This document shows, piece after piece, positions 17,617-28,081 of a stretch of 64,000 bases of DNA. The DNA lies in NCBI GenBank assembly GCA_963701855.1, contig CAVPBK010000005.1, forward strand, positions 224,001-288,000, given 5' to 3'. The notes beneath the pieces were generated by a model that had not been told where the DNA came from, ran no database searches, and saw only the letters and a list, made by a program, of their open reading frames with translations. Within the stretch, counting starts at the first letter, position 1; every line of letters starts with the position of its first letter. A program made the translations under genes and the position numbers. Source of the DNA: Nitrospirota bacterium. Lineage in GTDB: Bacteria > Nitrospirota > Nitrospiria > Nitrospirales > Nitrospiraceae.

Positions 17617-18373
17617 GCTCTCGGTCTACGTGATCGCATACAACGACGAGCCTAATATGCGGGCCTGCCTTGAGTCTGTGGCAAGCTGGGGCGATGAATT
17701 GATCGTCGTGGATTCCCACAGTACGGACCAGACGGCCGCAATCAGTCGTGAGTTCACGGAGAAGGTCCATCAAGTCGACTTCAAAGGATTCGGCAATCTG
17801 CGCAATCAGGCAGTCGCCCTCACGACCCATGAGTGGGTCTTTAGTCTGGACAGCGATGAGAGGATGACGCCCGAGTTGCGGGAAGAGATTCAACTGCTGC
17901 TCGACCGGGAACCCGAGGCGGATGCCTACTTCGTCCCAAGAAAGAACTATTTTTTAGGCCGGTGGATCAAACATTGCGGCTGGTATCCCGACTATCGGCA
18001 ACCGCAGTTGTTTAGAAAGGGACGGTTTCGGTATCGCGAAGAACTGGTCCATGAGAGTTTCGACTGCGATGGGCAAGTCGGCTTTCTCAAGAGCCCCGCG
18101 CTGCAGTATCCCTTTCGGGACATCGATCATTACGTAGCGAAGCAGAATCGCTACTCGGAACTGATGGCCCGTCGCATGGTGGAGCAGGGCCGGCGGTTCT
18201 CTCCCCCTCAACTGATCACCCATCCGCTCGGCGCGTTTTTCAAGATGTATGTGCAGCGCACCGGCTTCCTTGACGGCATGCCCGGCTTGATTCTTTCCGG
18301 ACTCTATGCCTATTACACCGTCATGAAGTATGCGAAATTCTGGGAACTCACGAAAGACAAGATGTCTGCCTAG
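17609..18373 (+). CDS. GT2 glycosyltransferase (KdtX/WaaE-like)
   Basis: VVDSHSTD, LDSDE, GWYPD, VHE, GFLDG..G motifs. Confidence 0.88.
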   Translation: MSKLSVYVIAYNDEPNMRACLESVASWGDELIVVDSHSTDQTAAISREFTEKVHQVDFKGFGNLRNQAVALTTHEWVFSLDSDERMTPELREEIQLLLDREPEADAYFVPRKNYFLGRWIKHCGWYPDYRQPQLFRKGRFRYREELVHESFDCDGQVGFLKSPALQYPFRDIDHYVAKQNRYSELMARRMVEQGRRFSPPQLITHPLGAFFKMYVQRTGFLDGMPGLILSGLYAYYTVMKYAKFWELTKDKMSA

Positions 18374-18463
18374 TCTGTCTGGTCTATCCGGTCTGTTTGG
18401 TCCTTAAAATGTAAAGGCTTGATACTCGATAGACCAGATAGACCGAACAGACCAAAGAGACAC
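18363..18463. repeat. Inverted nonamer hairpin, empty
   Basis: AGTCTGTCT-GGTCTATCC-GGTCTGTTT-GGTC then GATAGACCA-GATAGACCG-AACAGACCA-AAGAGAC. Confidence 0.85.
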
Positions 18464-18468
18464 CAACT

Positions 18469-19317
18469 ATGAAAGTCAGCGGATTTACATTCGTGCGGAA
18501 CGTGGTGAAGTACGACTATCCGGTCGTGGAGTCGATCCGATCCATTTTGCCGGTGGTCGATGAATTTATCGTGAACGTCGGGCGGTGCGATGACGGCACG
18601 CTTGAGCTGATTCGCTCGATCGGTGATCCGAAGATCAGGATCGTGGAGTCGGTCTGGGATGAGACGCTGCGAAAAGACGGACTGATCTATGCCCAGCAGA
18701 CCAACATTGCGTTGTCACACTGTACCGGCGATTGGGCATTCTACATCCAAGCCGACGAGGTGGTGCACGAAGACGATTTGCCGATCATTCAGGAGGCCAT
18801 GCACCGCCATCTCGGCAATCCCGAAGTGAAAGGGCTTCTGTTCCGGTATCTGCATTTTATCGCGGACTATTGGTCGACGAATCCCTGGTTCTACCACAAA
18901 GCCGTGCGAATCATCAGGAACAGCGGCGAAGTGGAGTCTTGCGGCGATGCCGTGGGATTTCATCTCAAGGCGACGCAGCAGTATCTCCAGAGTGGACCGA
19001 AGGAATGGATTACTCCATCGAACGGGCGAATCTTTCACTATGGGTGGGTGAAAGACCCGAAAACGATGCTGGAAAAAAAGCGGGAGCAAGTGGCGGTCTA
19101 TCATGGAGGAGGCCATATTCCTGCCGCAGAGGCTAAACAACTGGCTCACGACAGCTTTCAGTTTGAAGACTATGCCATGTTGAAAGAATTCGGCGGATCG
19201 CATCCAACGGTGATGGCGGAACGTCTCCAATCCTCTCGGCGCTGGGCTGCCCGCCGCAATCGTTGGCTGAATCTCCAGTTTTATCGGGAAGTCTTTCGCC
19301 GTGGCTTTCGGGGATAA
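18469..19317 (+). CDS. GT2-like glycosyltransferase
   Basis: MKVSGFTFVRN, IQADE, FHYGWV. Confidence 0.82.
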   Translation: MKVSGFTFVRNVVKYDYPVVESIRSILPVVDEFIVNVGRCDDGTLELIRSIGDPKIRIVESVWDETLRKDGLIYAQQTNIALSHCTGDWAFYIQADEVVHEDDLPIIQEAMHRHLGNPEVKGLLFRYLHFIADYWSTNPWFYHKAVRIIRNSGEVESCGDAVGFHLKATQQYLQSGPKEWITPSNGRIFHYGWVKDPKTMLEKKREQVAVYHGGGHIPAAEAKQLAHDSFQFEDYAMLKEFGGSHPTVMAERLQSSRRWAARRNRWLNLQFYREVFRRGFRG

Positions 19318-19344
19318 TATGACAGGCCGGCCAAGCGGCACATC

Positions 19345-20349
19345 ATGCTGAGTGTCATTGTCGCGGTTCATAATCAGCTGGGGCACAACCAGCTCTTTCT
19401 AGCGGGGATACAGCGCTATACAACCGGCCCATATGAAGTGATAGTGATCGACAATCATTCGACAGACGGGTCAGCGGAGTTTTTTGAAGCGAACGGGTGC
19501 CGGGTGATTCGAAACGATCGAAATCTCTGTTACCCGGAATCGATGAATCTCGGATCCGAATTGGCGAGCGGAGAGTTTCTGTGCCACATCAATAACGATT
19601 TGTATGTTGCGCCGAATTGGAACGGGTCCTTGATCGAGGCGATGGAGCGCCATCGTCTCGATGCTGTGTCGCCATTGGGGTTGGAAATGATGCCGACTGC
19701 TCCGTTGACCGATTGGATGCAGGGACGTTGGGCGGCGATTGGGCAAGGGCGGCTCTCCAGTGGAAAGGGCATCGAGCAACTGAGAGCGATGATTCAGGCA
19801 ATGTACGGCGATTGGGAGCGCTATTGCGGGGAAGCGCACCGTGCATTCGCCGGAACGATGTTCGAAGGGATCGTCGGGTCCTGCGTCATGATCAGGCATT
19901 CAACTTATGACGTACTCGGGGGGTTGGACGAACGGATTCAGTCCGCTGACTGGGACTTGTACTATACCCTGCGTAAGCGCGAACAGGTGGTCGGGGATAT
20001 GAAGCGATGCATGGTTGTGGGGGCGTCGTTCGTGCATCATTTCATCCGGGCGACGATGAAGAGCAAGCGGGAGCCGTTTGCCTGCACCCATGAACGATTG
20101 ACAATCGACAAGAAGTGGAGCCAGTCCGAACAAACCGAGCTGTGGTGTAAGCCGGCTGAATTCGCCTCATCGTCCGCTGGGCTGCGATTCGTTCGGCGCG
20201 TGGTAAAGCCTGTGAAGAAGTTGGTGCAGGAGCTGGATCGCGCCTCGGCTTGGCGCCGACTCTGGATCAGCCCTGATCGCGTAGTCGATCAGTACCGCCG
20301 GAAGTTTGAGCAGGCGGCAACTGTGTTGTCCAGAGAAGTGCCATCATGA
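19345..20349 (+). CDS. GT2 glycosyltransferase
   Basis: LSVIV, IDNHSTDGS, INND. Confidence 0.82.
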   Translation: MLSVIVAVHNQLGHNQLFLAGIQRYTTGPYEVIVIDNHSTDGSAEFFEANGCRVIRNDRNLCYPESMNLGSELASGEFLCHINNDLYVAPNWNGSLIEAMERHRLDAVSPLGLEMMPTAPLTDWMQGRWAAIGQGRLSSGKGIEQLRAMIQAMYGDWERYCGEAHRAFAGTMFEGIVGSCVMIRHSTYDVLGGLDERIQSADWDLYYTLRKREQVVGDMKRCMVVGASFVHHFIRATMKSKREPFACTHERLTIDKKWSQSEQTELWCKPAEFASSSAGLRFVRRVVKPVKKLVQELDRASAWRRLWISPDRVVDQYRRKFEQAATVLSREVPS

Positions 20350-20400
20350 TTAATGCAGGCTTGAGACGTTCCCTGATAACATTTTCCTGAAGGAACCGAT

Positions 20401-21180
20401 ATGCGTCAAACGATTTCCTGCGCGATTGTCGTGTTCAATGAAGAACGGAACATTCGTGAAGCTCTCGACTCGGTAACGTGGATGGATGAAATCATCGCAG
20501 TCGATTCCTACAGCACCGACAAGACCGTGGAGATTTGCCGGGAGTTTACGCCGCATGTATTCCAGCGCAAATGGAATGGTTTTGGTGAGCAAAAAAATTC
20601 TGCGATCGATCGTGCAACGTCAGATTGGGTGTTTATTCTGGATGCCGATGAGCGCGTCAGTGACGATCTTCGTGCAGAGATGCAACGAGTATTGGAGACC
20701 TCCACTCCGGCAGGTCCAGTGGCTTATTCGCTTCCGAGGAAGAATTATTATTATGGGGAGTGGATTCGATGGGGAGGGGTGTATCCGGATTATCAACTGA
20801 GATTGTTTCGACGTGGGGTCGGTCGGTTAGATGATAGCGAGCCTCATAACCGGTTTGTGTTTGAGGGGCTGCACGGAGATTTGAGCAATGCGCTCGATCA
20901 TTACACGGAACGGACGATCGAAGACCACTTCAAGAAGTTCAATAACTTTACGACATTGGCAGCGCGAGAGCGCGGAAAAACGAAGAAGACGGTTCGCTGG
21001 ACCGACCTGACAATGCGTCCGTTGTTTACTTTTTGGAAGTACTATTTCAGACGGCAAGGGTTTCGCGATGGAGTGCGCGGGCTCATTATCAGTGTGTTTG
21101 CCAGCATGTACACATTTGTGAAGTATGCCAAGCTGTGGGATGCAACCAGGCCGGACGTCTCTCACCCGGACGCCAAGTAG
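20401..21180 (+). CDS. GT2 glycosyltransferase (KdtX/WaaE-like paralogue)
   Basis: NEERNI, DSYSTD, LDADER, YPDYQLRLF, GFRDGVRG. Confidence 0.88.
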   Translation: MRQTISCAIVVFNEERNIREALDSVTWMDEIIAVDSYSTDKTVEICREFTPHVFQRKWNGFGEQKNSAIDRATSDWVFILDADERVSDDLRAEMQRVLETSTPAGPVAYSLPRKNYYYGEWIRWGGVYPDYQLRLFRRGVGRLDDSEPHNRFVFEGLHGDLSNALDHYTERTIEDHFKKFNNFTTLAARERGKTKKTVRWTDLTMRPLFTFWKYYFRRQGFRDGVRGLIISVFASMYTFVKYAKLWDATRPDVSHPDAK

Positions 21181-22316
21181 TGGGTACGCGAGTTCTCTAT
21201 GTGCATGGCATTGAAGCGATCGGCGGGGCAGAGCGAGACCTGATCGCACTGCTGAATACACTCGATCGTCACAAGTGGGAGCCGCATGTAGTCTGTCCGG
21301 GAACGGGCCCTTTCCGAGAGCAGCTCCATGCGATCGCCGTTCCCACTCATGCGCTGAGCCTTCCCCCCTGGAGAAAACCCCTCGAACTGTTTCAGCGCCG
21401 ATCGGCGGTCGGGCGTCTGGGGGCTCTCGTGAATCAACTCGATCCAGCCATGATTCATGTGAACGACATCTGGTGGGTGCCGCATACCGTGAGGGCGATC
21501 GCGAGCCGCACGTCCAATCCCGTGCCGATCGTGGCCCATGTGAGGCAGGAAATCGAGCCGGCAAAGGTACGACGGTACGAGCTTGATCGGGTAGAGTCCG
21601 TCATTGCGATCTCTCGGCAGATTGAACAGTCGCTGATTGCCGGCGGGGTATCGGCAAGAAATGTCCGGACCCTCTACAGCGGCATCGACCTTTCCGAGAG
21701 ACGGCTCACTCACGATGACCAGGCGATTCGTCGGATGATCGGGCTTCCGAACGGGGCCGTCTTATTAGGTACCGTCGCCAACCTGTTCCCGCGAAAAGGC
21801 TATGAGATCATGCTTCGGGCCCTTCCGGCTATCGTCCGTGCGGTACCCAAGGCGCATTACGTGATTGTGGGCAGTGACGATCACCGTTATGCCGATCGAT
21901 TGAAGAGTCTCGCGCATGAGCTGAAGATTGCCGATCGCGTCCATCTCGTTGGCTTTCAGGACCCAGTTCAACCGTTCCTGGCTTCCCTTGATCTGTATGT
22001 ACACCCGGCACTCATGGAGGGGTTTGGGATTGCGGTAGTCGAAGCGATGGCGATGGGAAAGGCTGTAGTCGCGACGACGACAGGGGGGCTTCCCGAAGTT
22101 GTGGCGCAGGGAGAGACTGGCTTGCTTGTTCCCCCTGGCGATGCCGAATCATTGGCCGCAACCGTGGTCTTGCTCCTGGAAGACAAAGTCCGACGTGAGC
22201 AGATGGGACTCTGTGGGAAGATGCGTGCGCAAGAGAGATTTAGTCTCGCTGCGTCTGTCATACATATGGAACAACTCTATGGTGAGGTGTTGGGAGTACA
22301 GAAGGGGCGAGGATGA
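21180..22316 (+). CDS. GT4 glycosyltransferase
   Basis: GGAE, EGFGIAVVEAMA; GTG start overlapping the previous stop. Confidence 0.88.
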   Translation: MGTRVLYVHGIEAIGGAERDLIALLNTLDRHKWEPHVVCPGTGPFREQLHAIAVPTHALSLPPWRKPLELFQRRSAVGRLGALVNQLDPAMIHVNDIWWVPHTVRAIASRTSNPVPIVAHVRQEIEPAKVRRYELDRVESVIAISRQIEQSLIAGGVSARNVRTLYSGIDLSERRLTHDDQAIRRMIGLPNGAVLLGTVANLFPRKGYEIMLRALPAIVRAVPKAHYVIVGSDDHRYADRLKSLAHELKIADRVHLVGFQDPVQPFLASLDLYVHPALMEGFGIAVVEAMAMGKAVVATTTGGLPEVVAQGETGLLVPPGDAESLAATVVLLLEDKVRREQMGLCGKMRAQERFSLAASVIHMEQLYGEVLGVQKGRG

Positions 22317-23425
22317 GAATCGGTTTCGATGCCAATCCTATGGTGGGCGATATGGGTGGGGTGGGGTGGCACAGCTACCATCTGCTCCGTACGATGCTGG
22401 CGCAGCAGGCAGGAATCGACTTTCTGGCCTATGCCAAACCGGGCGCTAAGCAGCCTGACGCTGCGAAAGCGTGGACGGGCGTTGAGCGACTCCAGTGGAT
22501 GAATGCGAACCGCTGGGGGATGGGGAAGCGGGGCTCGTCCGATCAGTTGGATCTCTATCATGGGACCAACTTCAAAATGCAAACCATCGGGCGCTATGGC
22601 GGGGTTGTGACTATTCATGACCTCTGGCTGGACCGCCATCCCGAGTACTCGAAGAAGATGTTGGGCCAATGGCCCTCGTCGTTTAAGACGAGGCAGACTG
22701 CGCTGCGAGCCAGGAAAGCCATCACGGTGTCAGAATTTTCCGCGCGAGAACTCGTGGAACTGTATGGTTTGAAACGCGAACACATCAGGGTAATTCCCAA
22801 CGGAGTGTCGGAGGATTTTGTGCCACGCCGGGATGATCAGGCGATGGCGGAGTTGCGGAAACGGATCGGTCTGAAGGCCGAGCACTATGTTTTGTTTATT
22901 GGAGGGGCAGACCCGCGAAAGAATCATCAGGTATTTGTTGAAGCGGCGGAGATGGTGCGGAAGAAACTGGGATCGAGAATGTTGGTTCTTGTCGGCTCGC
23001 CGGTTCACCCGTTCGGGAACTATGAGGAGACGGCTCGAAGACGCAGCTTGACAGAGAAGGTGCTGTGCCCGGGACGGTTGTCCACGAACGATCTGCAGTT
23101 GCTGTATTCCTCCACCGATCTGTTCGTCTTTCCCTCGTTGTACGAAGGGTTTGGGATGCCCGTGTTGGAAGCGATGGCCTGTGGGGCGCCGGTGCTTACG
23201 TCCAATTCAACCGCGTTGGCGGAAGTTGCGGGTGATGCGGCCTTGTTGGCAGATCCACAAGATGCGCGGGCGCTCGGAGAGGCCATGATCCGTGCGCTTG
23301 ATGATGAGCCGCTTCGAGCCGCCTTAAAAGTCAAAGGATTCGATCGCGTCAAGCAGTTCTCCTGGGAGCAGGCGGCGACTAAGACCGTCGCGCTTTACAG
23401 AGAGCTGTGCCGCGTTGACCGTTAA
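22313..23425 (+). CDS. GT4 glycosyltransferase
   Basis: TIHDL, PRKN, PSLYEGFGMPVLEAMACG. Confidence 0.9.
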   Translation: MRIGFDANPMVGDMGGVGWHSYHLLRTMLAQQAGIDFLAYAKPGAKQPDAAKAWTGVERLQWMNANRWGMGKRGSSDQLDLYHGTNFKMQTIGRYGGVVTIHDLWLDRHPEYSKKMLGQWPSSFKTRQTALRARKAITVSEFSARELVELYGLKREHIRVIPNGVSEDFVPRRDDQAMAELRKRIGLKAEHYVLFIGGADPRKNHQVFVEAAEMVRKKLGSRMLVLVGSPVHPFGNYEETARRRSLTEKVLCPGRLSTNDLQLLYSSTDLFVFPSLYEGFGMPVLEAMACGAPVLTSNSTALAEVAGDAALLADPQDARALGEAMIRALDDEPLRAALKVKGFDRVKQFSWEQAATKTVALYRELCRVDR

Positions 23426-23499
23426 ACGTTAGTCGTTAAGTGTTCAACGAGAGGAACGCAAACTGGCCGGTTCTTGCGATTCAAGATTTACGATTACCG
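23413..23499. repeat. Inverted heptamer hairpin (CGTTAAA variant), empty
   Basis: CGTTGAC-CGTTAAA-CGTTAGT-CGTTAAG-TGTTCAA then TCTTGCG-ATTCAAG-ATTTACG-ATTACCG. Confidence 0.7.
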
Positions 23500-23502
23500 A
23501 GC

Positions 23503-24528
23503 ATGCGCAATATCCTCATCATTAAACTCCGCTACATCGGTGATGTTTTGCTGGCGACGCCGACTATCCGCGCCATTAAAGCGGCATGGTCGGATGTCCG
23601 AGTCACGATGATGGTGAATCGAGGGACAGAAGACGTGTTATCAGGAAATCCTGATGTGGACGAGATATTGGCCCTCGATAAAGGATCTCTGGAGGCGCAA
23701 GGGCGGCTCATCGCAGGTCTGCGCCGTCGGCGATTCGATACGGTGATCGATTTGACCGATGGAGATCGGTCTGCGTTTCTGAGCTGGGTCAGCGGGGCGC
23801 CGGTTCGGATTGGGTTCAATGATGAGCACCGTTGGAGAGGGAAGTGGTATACACGTGTGGTCCAGTCTCTGTCCGGTATACAGCACCGGATTGACCGGGA
23901 TCTGGAAGCCCTTGAGCCTCTAAGCATCCAAGCCAGATCAAAGGATCTTCAACTTCGGCTGACGCCGGAAGAGGCGAACAGTGCGGATGAACTCTTGGGT
24001 CAGCTCGGCGTTCAACGATCGCAGTCGATGGTGATACTGCAGCCAGGCGCCCGGTACTGGTTCAAGGCCTGGCCTCCGGAGCGGTTCGCAGAGCTGGCCG
24101 ACCGGCTCACATCCCAGTATGGTTGCCAAGTGTTGATCGGAGGCAGCGATCAAGACATTGATCTGGCGCAACAGATTCGGCAGATGGCGAAGAGTAGCCT
24201 CGTCATCATGGCAGGCCGTACAACCATTAAACAGTTCGCGGCTGTCGCCAAAAAGTCAGCGCTCTTTGTGGGAAGCGATAGCGGTGCGATGCACATTGCT
24301 GCGGCAGTGGGCGCTCCCGTAGTGGCGTTATTCGGCCCGTCGAACCCTGCTGAATGGGGCCCGCGTGGAGAGGCGACCGAAGTGATCTACAAAGGACTGG
24401 ATTGCCGAGTATGTTTCCATCCCACCTGCCAGCGTGGAGAACAAAACTGCATGAAGTTGATTTCGGTCGGTGAAGTAGAGACAGCGTCGAAGCGTCTGAT
24501 TGCTTGTGTGAACCATGTCACGCAATAA
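23503..24528 (+). CDS. GT9 heptosyltransferase III-like
   Basis: IKLRYIGDVLLATP, FKAWP, DSGAMH, LFGPS. Confidence 0.87.
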   Translation: MRNILIIKLRYIGDVLLATPTIRAIKAAWSDVRVTMMVNRGTEDVLSGNPDVDEILALDKGSLEAQGRLIAGLRRRRFDTVIDLTDGDRSAFLSWVSGAPVRIGFNDEHRWRGKWYTRVVQSLSGIQHRIDRDLEALEPLSIQARSKDLQLRLTPEEANSADELLGQLGVQRSQSMVILQPGARYWFKAWPPERFAELADRLTSQYGCQVLIGGSDQDIDLAQQIRQMAKSSLVIMAGRTTIKQFAAVAKKSALFVGSDSGAMHIAAAVGAPVVALFGPSNPAEWGPRGEATEVIYKGLDCRVCFHPTCQRGEQNCMKLISVGEVETASKRLIACVNHVTQ

Positions 24529-24589
24529 CCTCCCAAGGCATCTGCTCGACCTACTCAGGTTCATTGAGGCCCTGTAACTTCTTTCTCCT

Positions 24590-25918
24590 ATGGAGAGACA
24601 ACAATTACAAGATGCACGCACTCGGATCCCTTATCGAATCGGATTTGTCTTGCTGGGACTCCTTGGTTCAGCGGCCTTATATGCTGAAGGAGTCCTGAAA
24701 AGTGGTTGGCTAGAAGTACTTCTGTTGATCCCTCCTCTGTGGGTCATGGTCTCACGTTCTTTTGGGCTCCGCCAAAAAGGTACGATGGTGGCCATGTTCA
24801 TGACCTGCATTGCATTGGTGGTGTGCGATCTTGCAGGGAGGACGTTTGCCGATTCCTACTTGCATTTCAACCCCGCAAATATGTTTTCTCGCAAGCTTCC
24901 AAACCTTTCGATCCTTGGACGTTGGGATACAAACGTCAACTATAGAGGCCAGGCGTATGGAGATCTAGCGGCAATGAAAGGCGAAAAGGAGTGGCGAGAG
25001 ATCAGGGAGGTGGTGTTTCAAACCGATCATCTGGGGTTCCGGAACGATCAAGTACATGAGCCTATCGATCTGATCGTCCTGGGCGATTCATTTACTGCCG
25101 GAACTGGCACCAGCCAAGACAAGATCTTCTCGCGAGTACTGGAGAGTTCGTATGGACGGTCCGTCTATAACATGGGGTACCCCGGAGGTCCATATGACGA
25201 GTACCTGAACTTTGCCATTGAATCGCCGAAGCTCGCGGTACGCCCTCAGGCTGAGGTCATTTGGGTATTTTATGAGGGAAATGATCTTGATGATCCAGGC
25301 GGAGAGACGTGGGATCTCTCTTCCCTTCCTTGGAACAGCGGCGTTGGCGCAACGCTCGTACGATATCGTACGTTTCGCAATCGGTCGCCGATCAATCAGA
25401 TTATGGAAGGAATGAGGAAGAGGTTGTGGGGTAAGACCGATGATGTGATCGTGAGGACACTTCCCGATGGTCGTCCATTTCTTTTTGCCGGCTGGCAAGA
25501 GTTGTGGGGCACTCGTTCGCAAAGCGAGATCGAAGCACATCCGAACTTTACGCGCTTGGATACCACCATGAAGGCGATGCAGCGTCTGGCAATTGAGCGA
25601 AATGTCCGTGTGTCCGTACTGATTGTGCCGACAAAGGGCGAGGTCTATCGTTGGGTTTTGGACCAACGTCCGGCGATGCCAGCAGATGCGCTATCTTCAG
25701 GCTTCGCACTCGCGGTGCTTGAAGAATGCCATCGAATTCAACTTCGGTGTTTCGACATCAAGGGATTTCTTGCAGCTGAAGCTATCCGTCTGTATCGGTC
25801 TTCGGAAGAAGTGCTCTGGTGGCGAGACGATACGCATCTGAGCGATCGTGGGCACGAAGCGGTGGCCGAGTTTATTGCCCATGAAATTCTTATGGCTGAA
25901 TCACGCCGAGCGCAGTAA
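24590..25918 (+). CDS. Membrane-anchored SGNH/AlgX-AlgJ-like protein
   Basis: N-terminal TM segments, LGDSF, EGND, DTH catalytic-type motifs. Confidence 0.7.
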   Translation: MERQQLQDARTRIPYRIGFVLLGLLGSAALYAEGVLKSGWLEVLLLIPPLWVMVSRSFGLRQKGTMVAMFMTCIALVVCDLAGRTFADSYLHFNPANMFSRKLPNLSILGRWDTNVNYRGQAYGDLAAMKGEKEWREIREVVFQTDHLGFRNDQVHEPIDLIVLGDSFTAGTGTSQDKIFSRVLESSYGRSVYNMGYPGGPYDEYLNFAIESPKLAVRPQAEVIWVFYEGNDLDDPGGETWDLSSLPWNSGVGATLVRYRTFRNRSPINQIMEGMRKRLWGKTDDVIVRTLPDGRPFLFAGWQELWGTRSQSEIEAHPNFTRLDTTMKAMQRLAIERNVRVSVLIVPTKGEVYRWVLDQRPAMPADALSSGFALAVLEECHRIQLRCFDIKGFLAAEAIRLYRSSEEVLWWRDDTHLSDRGHEAVAEFIAHEILMAESRRAQ

Positions 25919-26049
25919 ACGGGCACGTGCCCAAACCATGGGTGAGATCCGGAGAAAGTGCCTTTCGATCGGATGAGACCAGTTGGCCACCCTAACCCAT
26001 CGCAATAATGTCTAAGACAGAGAGAGTAATGATGACCTTCCCCCATTTG

Positions 26050-26925
26050 TTACGCCACGGCCAACGAAGTTGACTCCTGTGCTGTTTGGGGCTGGTTGTG
26101 CTGGTGGTTGATGAACTCCATGGGTGTCAGATCCCCGATGGCACTGTGTGTCCGCTCTTCATTGTACTCTCGTCGCCAGGCTTCAATCACGAGCTGCGCT
26201 TCCTGTAGCGTCAGAAACCAGTGTTCATTGAGACATTCATCCCGAAACTTGCCGTTGAAGCTTTCGATAAACGCATTCTGGACGGGTTTTCCCGGCTGAA
26301 TAAAATGCAGATGCACGCCGTGGTGGGCGGCCCAGGCATCCAAGGCCGTCCCGGCGAATTCGGGACCGTTGTCCAGAATCAAGGTCTCCGGCAGCGGGCG
26401 AGTCAGAAACAGTCGATCCAGAATCCGACACACCCGCGCACCGCCGATCGAGACATCGACCTCAATCACCGGCACCTCTTTGGAGCAGGGATCCGTCATC
26501 GTCAAACACTTGAACCGCCGGCTCGTCACGAGCCGGTCATGCACAAAATCCATCGCGTAACAGTGTCCTGGTTGCGTGGGCTTCGGTAAGGTGACTCGTG
26601 GAACCGCCGCTGCTTCCTTCCGTCGCCGCCGAAGCGAGAGCCCTTCGTCGCGATAATACAGCCGTTCGACCTTCTTATGGTTCACAGCCCATCCCTCTCG
26701 GCGCAACCGTACATAAATCCGGGGACACCCATCGCGTCGCTTGCTCTCGGCAATCTCCCGGATCCGTGTCCGCAGAGCCGCATCGTCCTGACGTCAACTG
26801 CGATACCGCAGTGTGTTCCGATCGAGGGCCAGGACGTGGCACACCCGACGCTGACTGAGCCCGACGCGCTCGGCCATCCACTGCGCCGCCGCTCGCTTCG
26901 CCTTGGGCCCTACCAGTTTTTTGTG
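26050..26925 (-). pseudogene. IS3 OrfB DDE transposase with a premature TGA at 26794-26796
   Basis: [35 protein letters not shown]; the same frame continues across one stop. Confidence 0.85.
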
Positions 26926-27176
26926 GTGACCGCTATCAGCGCCTGAATGTCCAGCGCTTGCTCCGCCACCATCTGCGTCAATCGCCGATTTTCGTCTTCC
27001 AGCTGGCGGAGCTTCTTCACGTCGCTGACTTCCAGTCCCGCATACTTGGTCCGCCACTTATAAAACGTGGCGTCCGAGATGCCGTGCTTGCGGCAGAGCT
27101 CTGAGACCCCGATGCCCGCTTGGGCATCCTTGAGCACTGCGATGATCTGTTCCTCCGTGTGCCGTTTCCGTGTCAT
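26910..27176 (-). CDS. IS3 OrfA (HTH)
   Basis: HTEEQII, CRKHGISDATFYKW, LEDENRRL; ends in an A-AAA-AAC slippery site. Confidence 0.9.
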   Translation of the reverse strand: MTRKRHTEEQIIAVLKDAQAGIGVSELCRKHGISDATFYKWRTKYAGLEVSDVKKLRQLEDENRRLTQMVAEQALDIQALIAVTTKNW

Positions 27177-27343
27177 GGGCCCCTCCTATGGGCCCCATCT
27201 CAGCACAGTTGAACTTCCTAGCCAATGGTCTAGTTTCCGGGGGGAAGGTCAATGGCACAATCGCAAATCTTCCCAGCGCAAGAAATGACTATTGGTCAAC
27301 AGTGAGAGCGTCTCCGTCCCTGGCTCCTCGCTGAAAAATTTCC

Positions 27344-27378
27344 TTGACTACGCTAATCGTGCTGTTCATATTGTGAAC
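27344..27378 (+). promoter_or_regulatory. Putative sigma70 promoter with an overlapping palindromic operator
   Basis: TTGACT (27344-49), 17 bp, CATATT (27367-72); GTTCA-N5-TGAAC at 27364-27378. Confidence 0.5.
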
Positions 27379-27404
27379 GTCTGCTAAATTTATCCGTTTA
27401 ATTC

Positions 27405-27993
27405 ATGGATTTACAAGGTCAGCGAGACCTTCTTCTCCTCAGCGAACTCGATCGAGATGGCGGGGCCACTCAGCGCACCCTTGCCACTCAAACTTGGTGT
27501 CGCGCTTGGTCTGACCAATCTCTATCTCAAGCGTCTGGCCCGTAAGGGCTGCATCAAGATCACGACCATCCCGCGCAATCGAATCAGGTATCTCCTGACG
27601 CCACAGGGCTTTACGGAAAAGTCACGCTTGACCTATCTCTACATGCAGTATTCCCTCTCGTACTACCGAGACATGCGTACTCGGCTAAAAGAAATGATGG
27701 CGACGTTCGACGGCACTCATGGCCAGCGGGTTGTGATCTACGGGACGACCGAGTTAGCCGAATTGGCCTATCTGTCGCTTCGAGAGATGAATATCGACTG
27801 TGTGGGATTCATTGATGGAAGCTCGCGTGAGTCATTTCTATCTTGCCCGGTTTCTTCGCCGGATGGGATCGCTGGCTGGCAGTTTGATCGGGTGTTGATT
27901 GCGGATCTCGAGCATGCGGCAGCCTGTGAAGAACAGTTGGTGCAGTCGGGAGTGCCACGGGAAAAGGTACTGAGACTCGGCCTGCCTGAATAA
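27405..27993 (+). pseudogene. Winged-helix MarR-type regulator (EPS-associated type), frameshifted near 27488
   Basis: MDLQGQRDLLLLSEL..ATQRTLA then shift to KLGVALGLTNLYLKRL..YLLTPQGFTEKSRL. Confidence 0.75.
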
Positions 27994-28081
27994 GGCGTGG
28001 CGCTTCCGCTCGTGGTCGACATTGTGTGTGGTGCGTGCGATGTCGGATCTGTAAGTGAAAGGGCGGAGCTGTGTCCAAAGC

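Larger units (their letters stand above)
26033..27251 (-). mobile_element. IS3-family insertion sequence (about 1.22 kb)
   Basis: Terminal IRs TGACCTTCCCCC / GGGGGAAGGTCA; orfA plus rve-type orfB. Confidence 0.92.
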
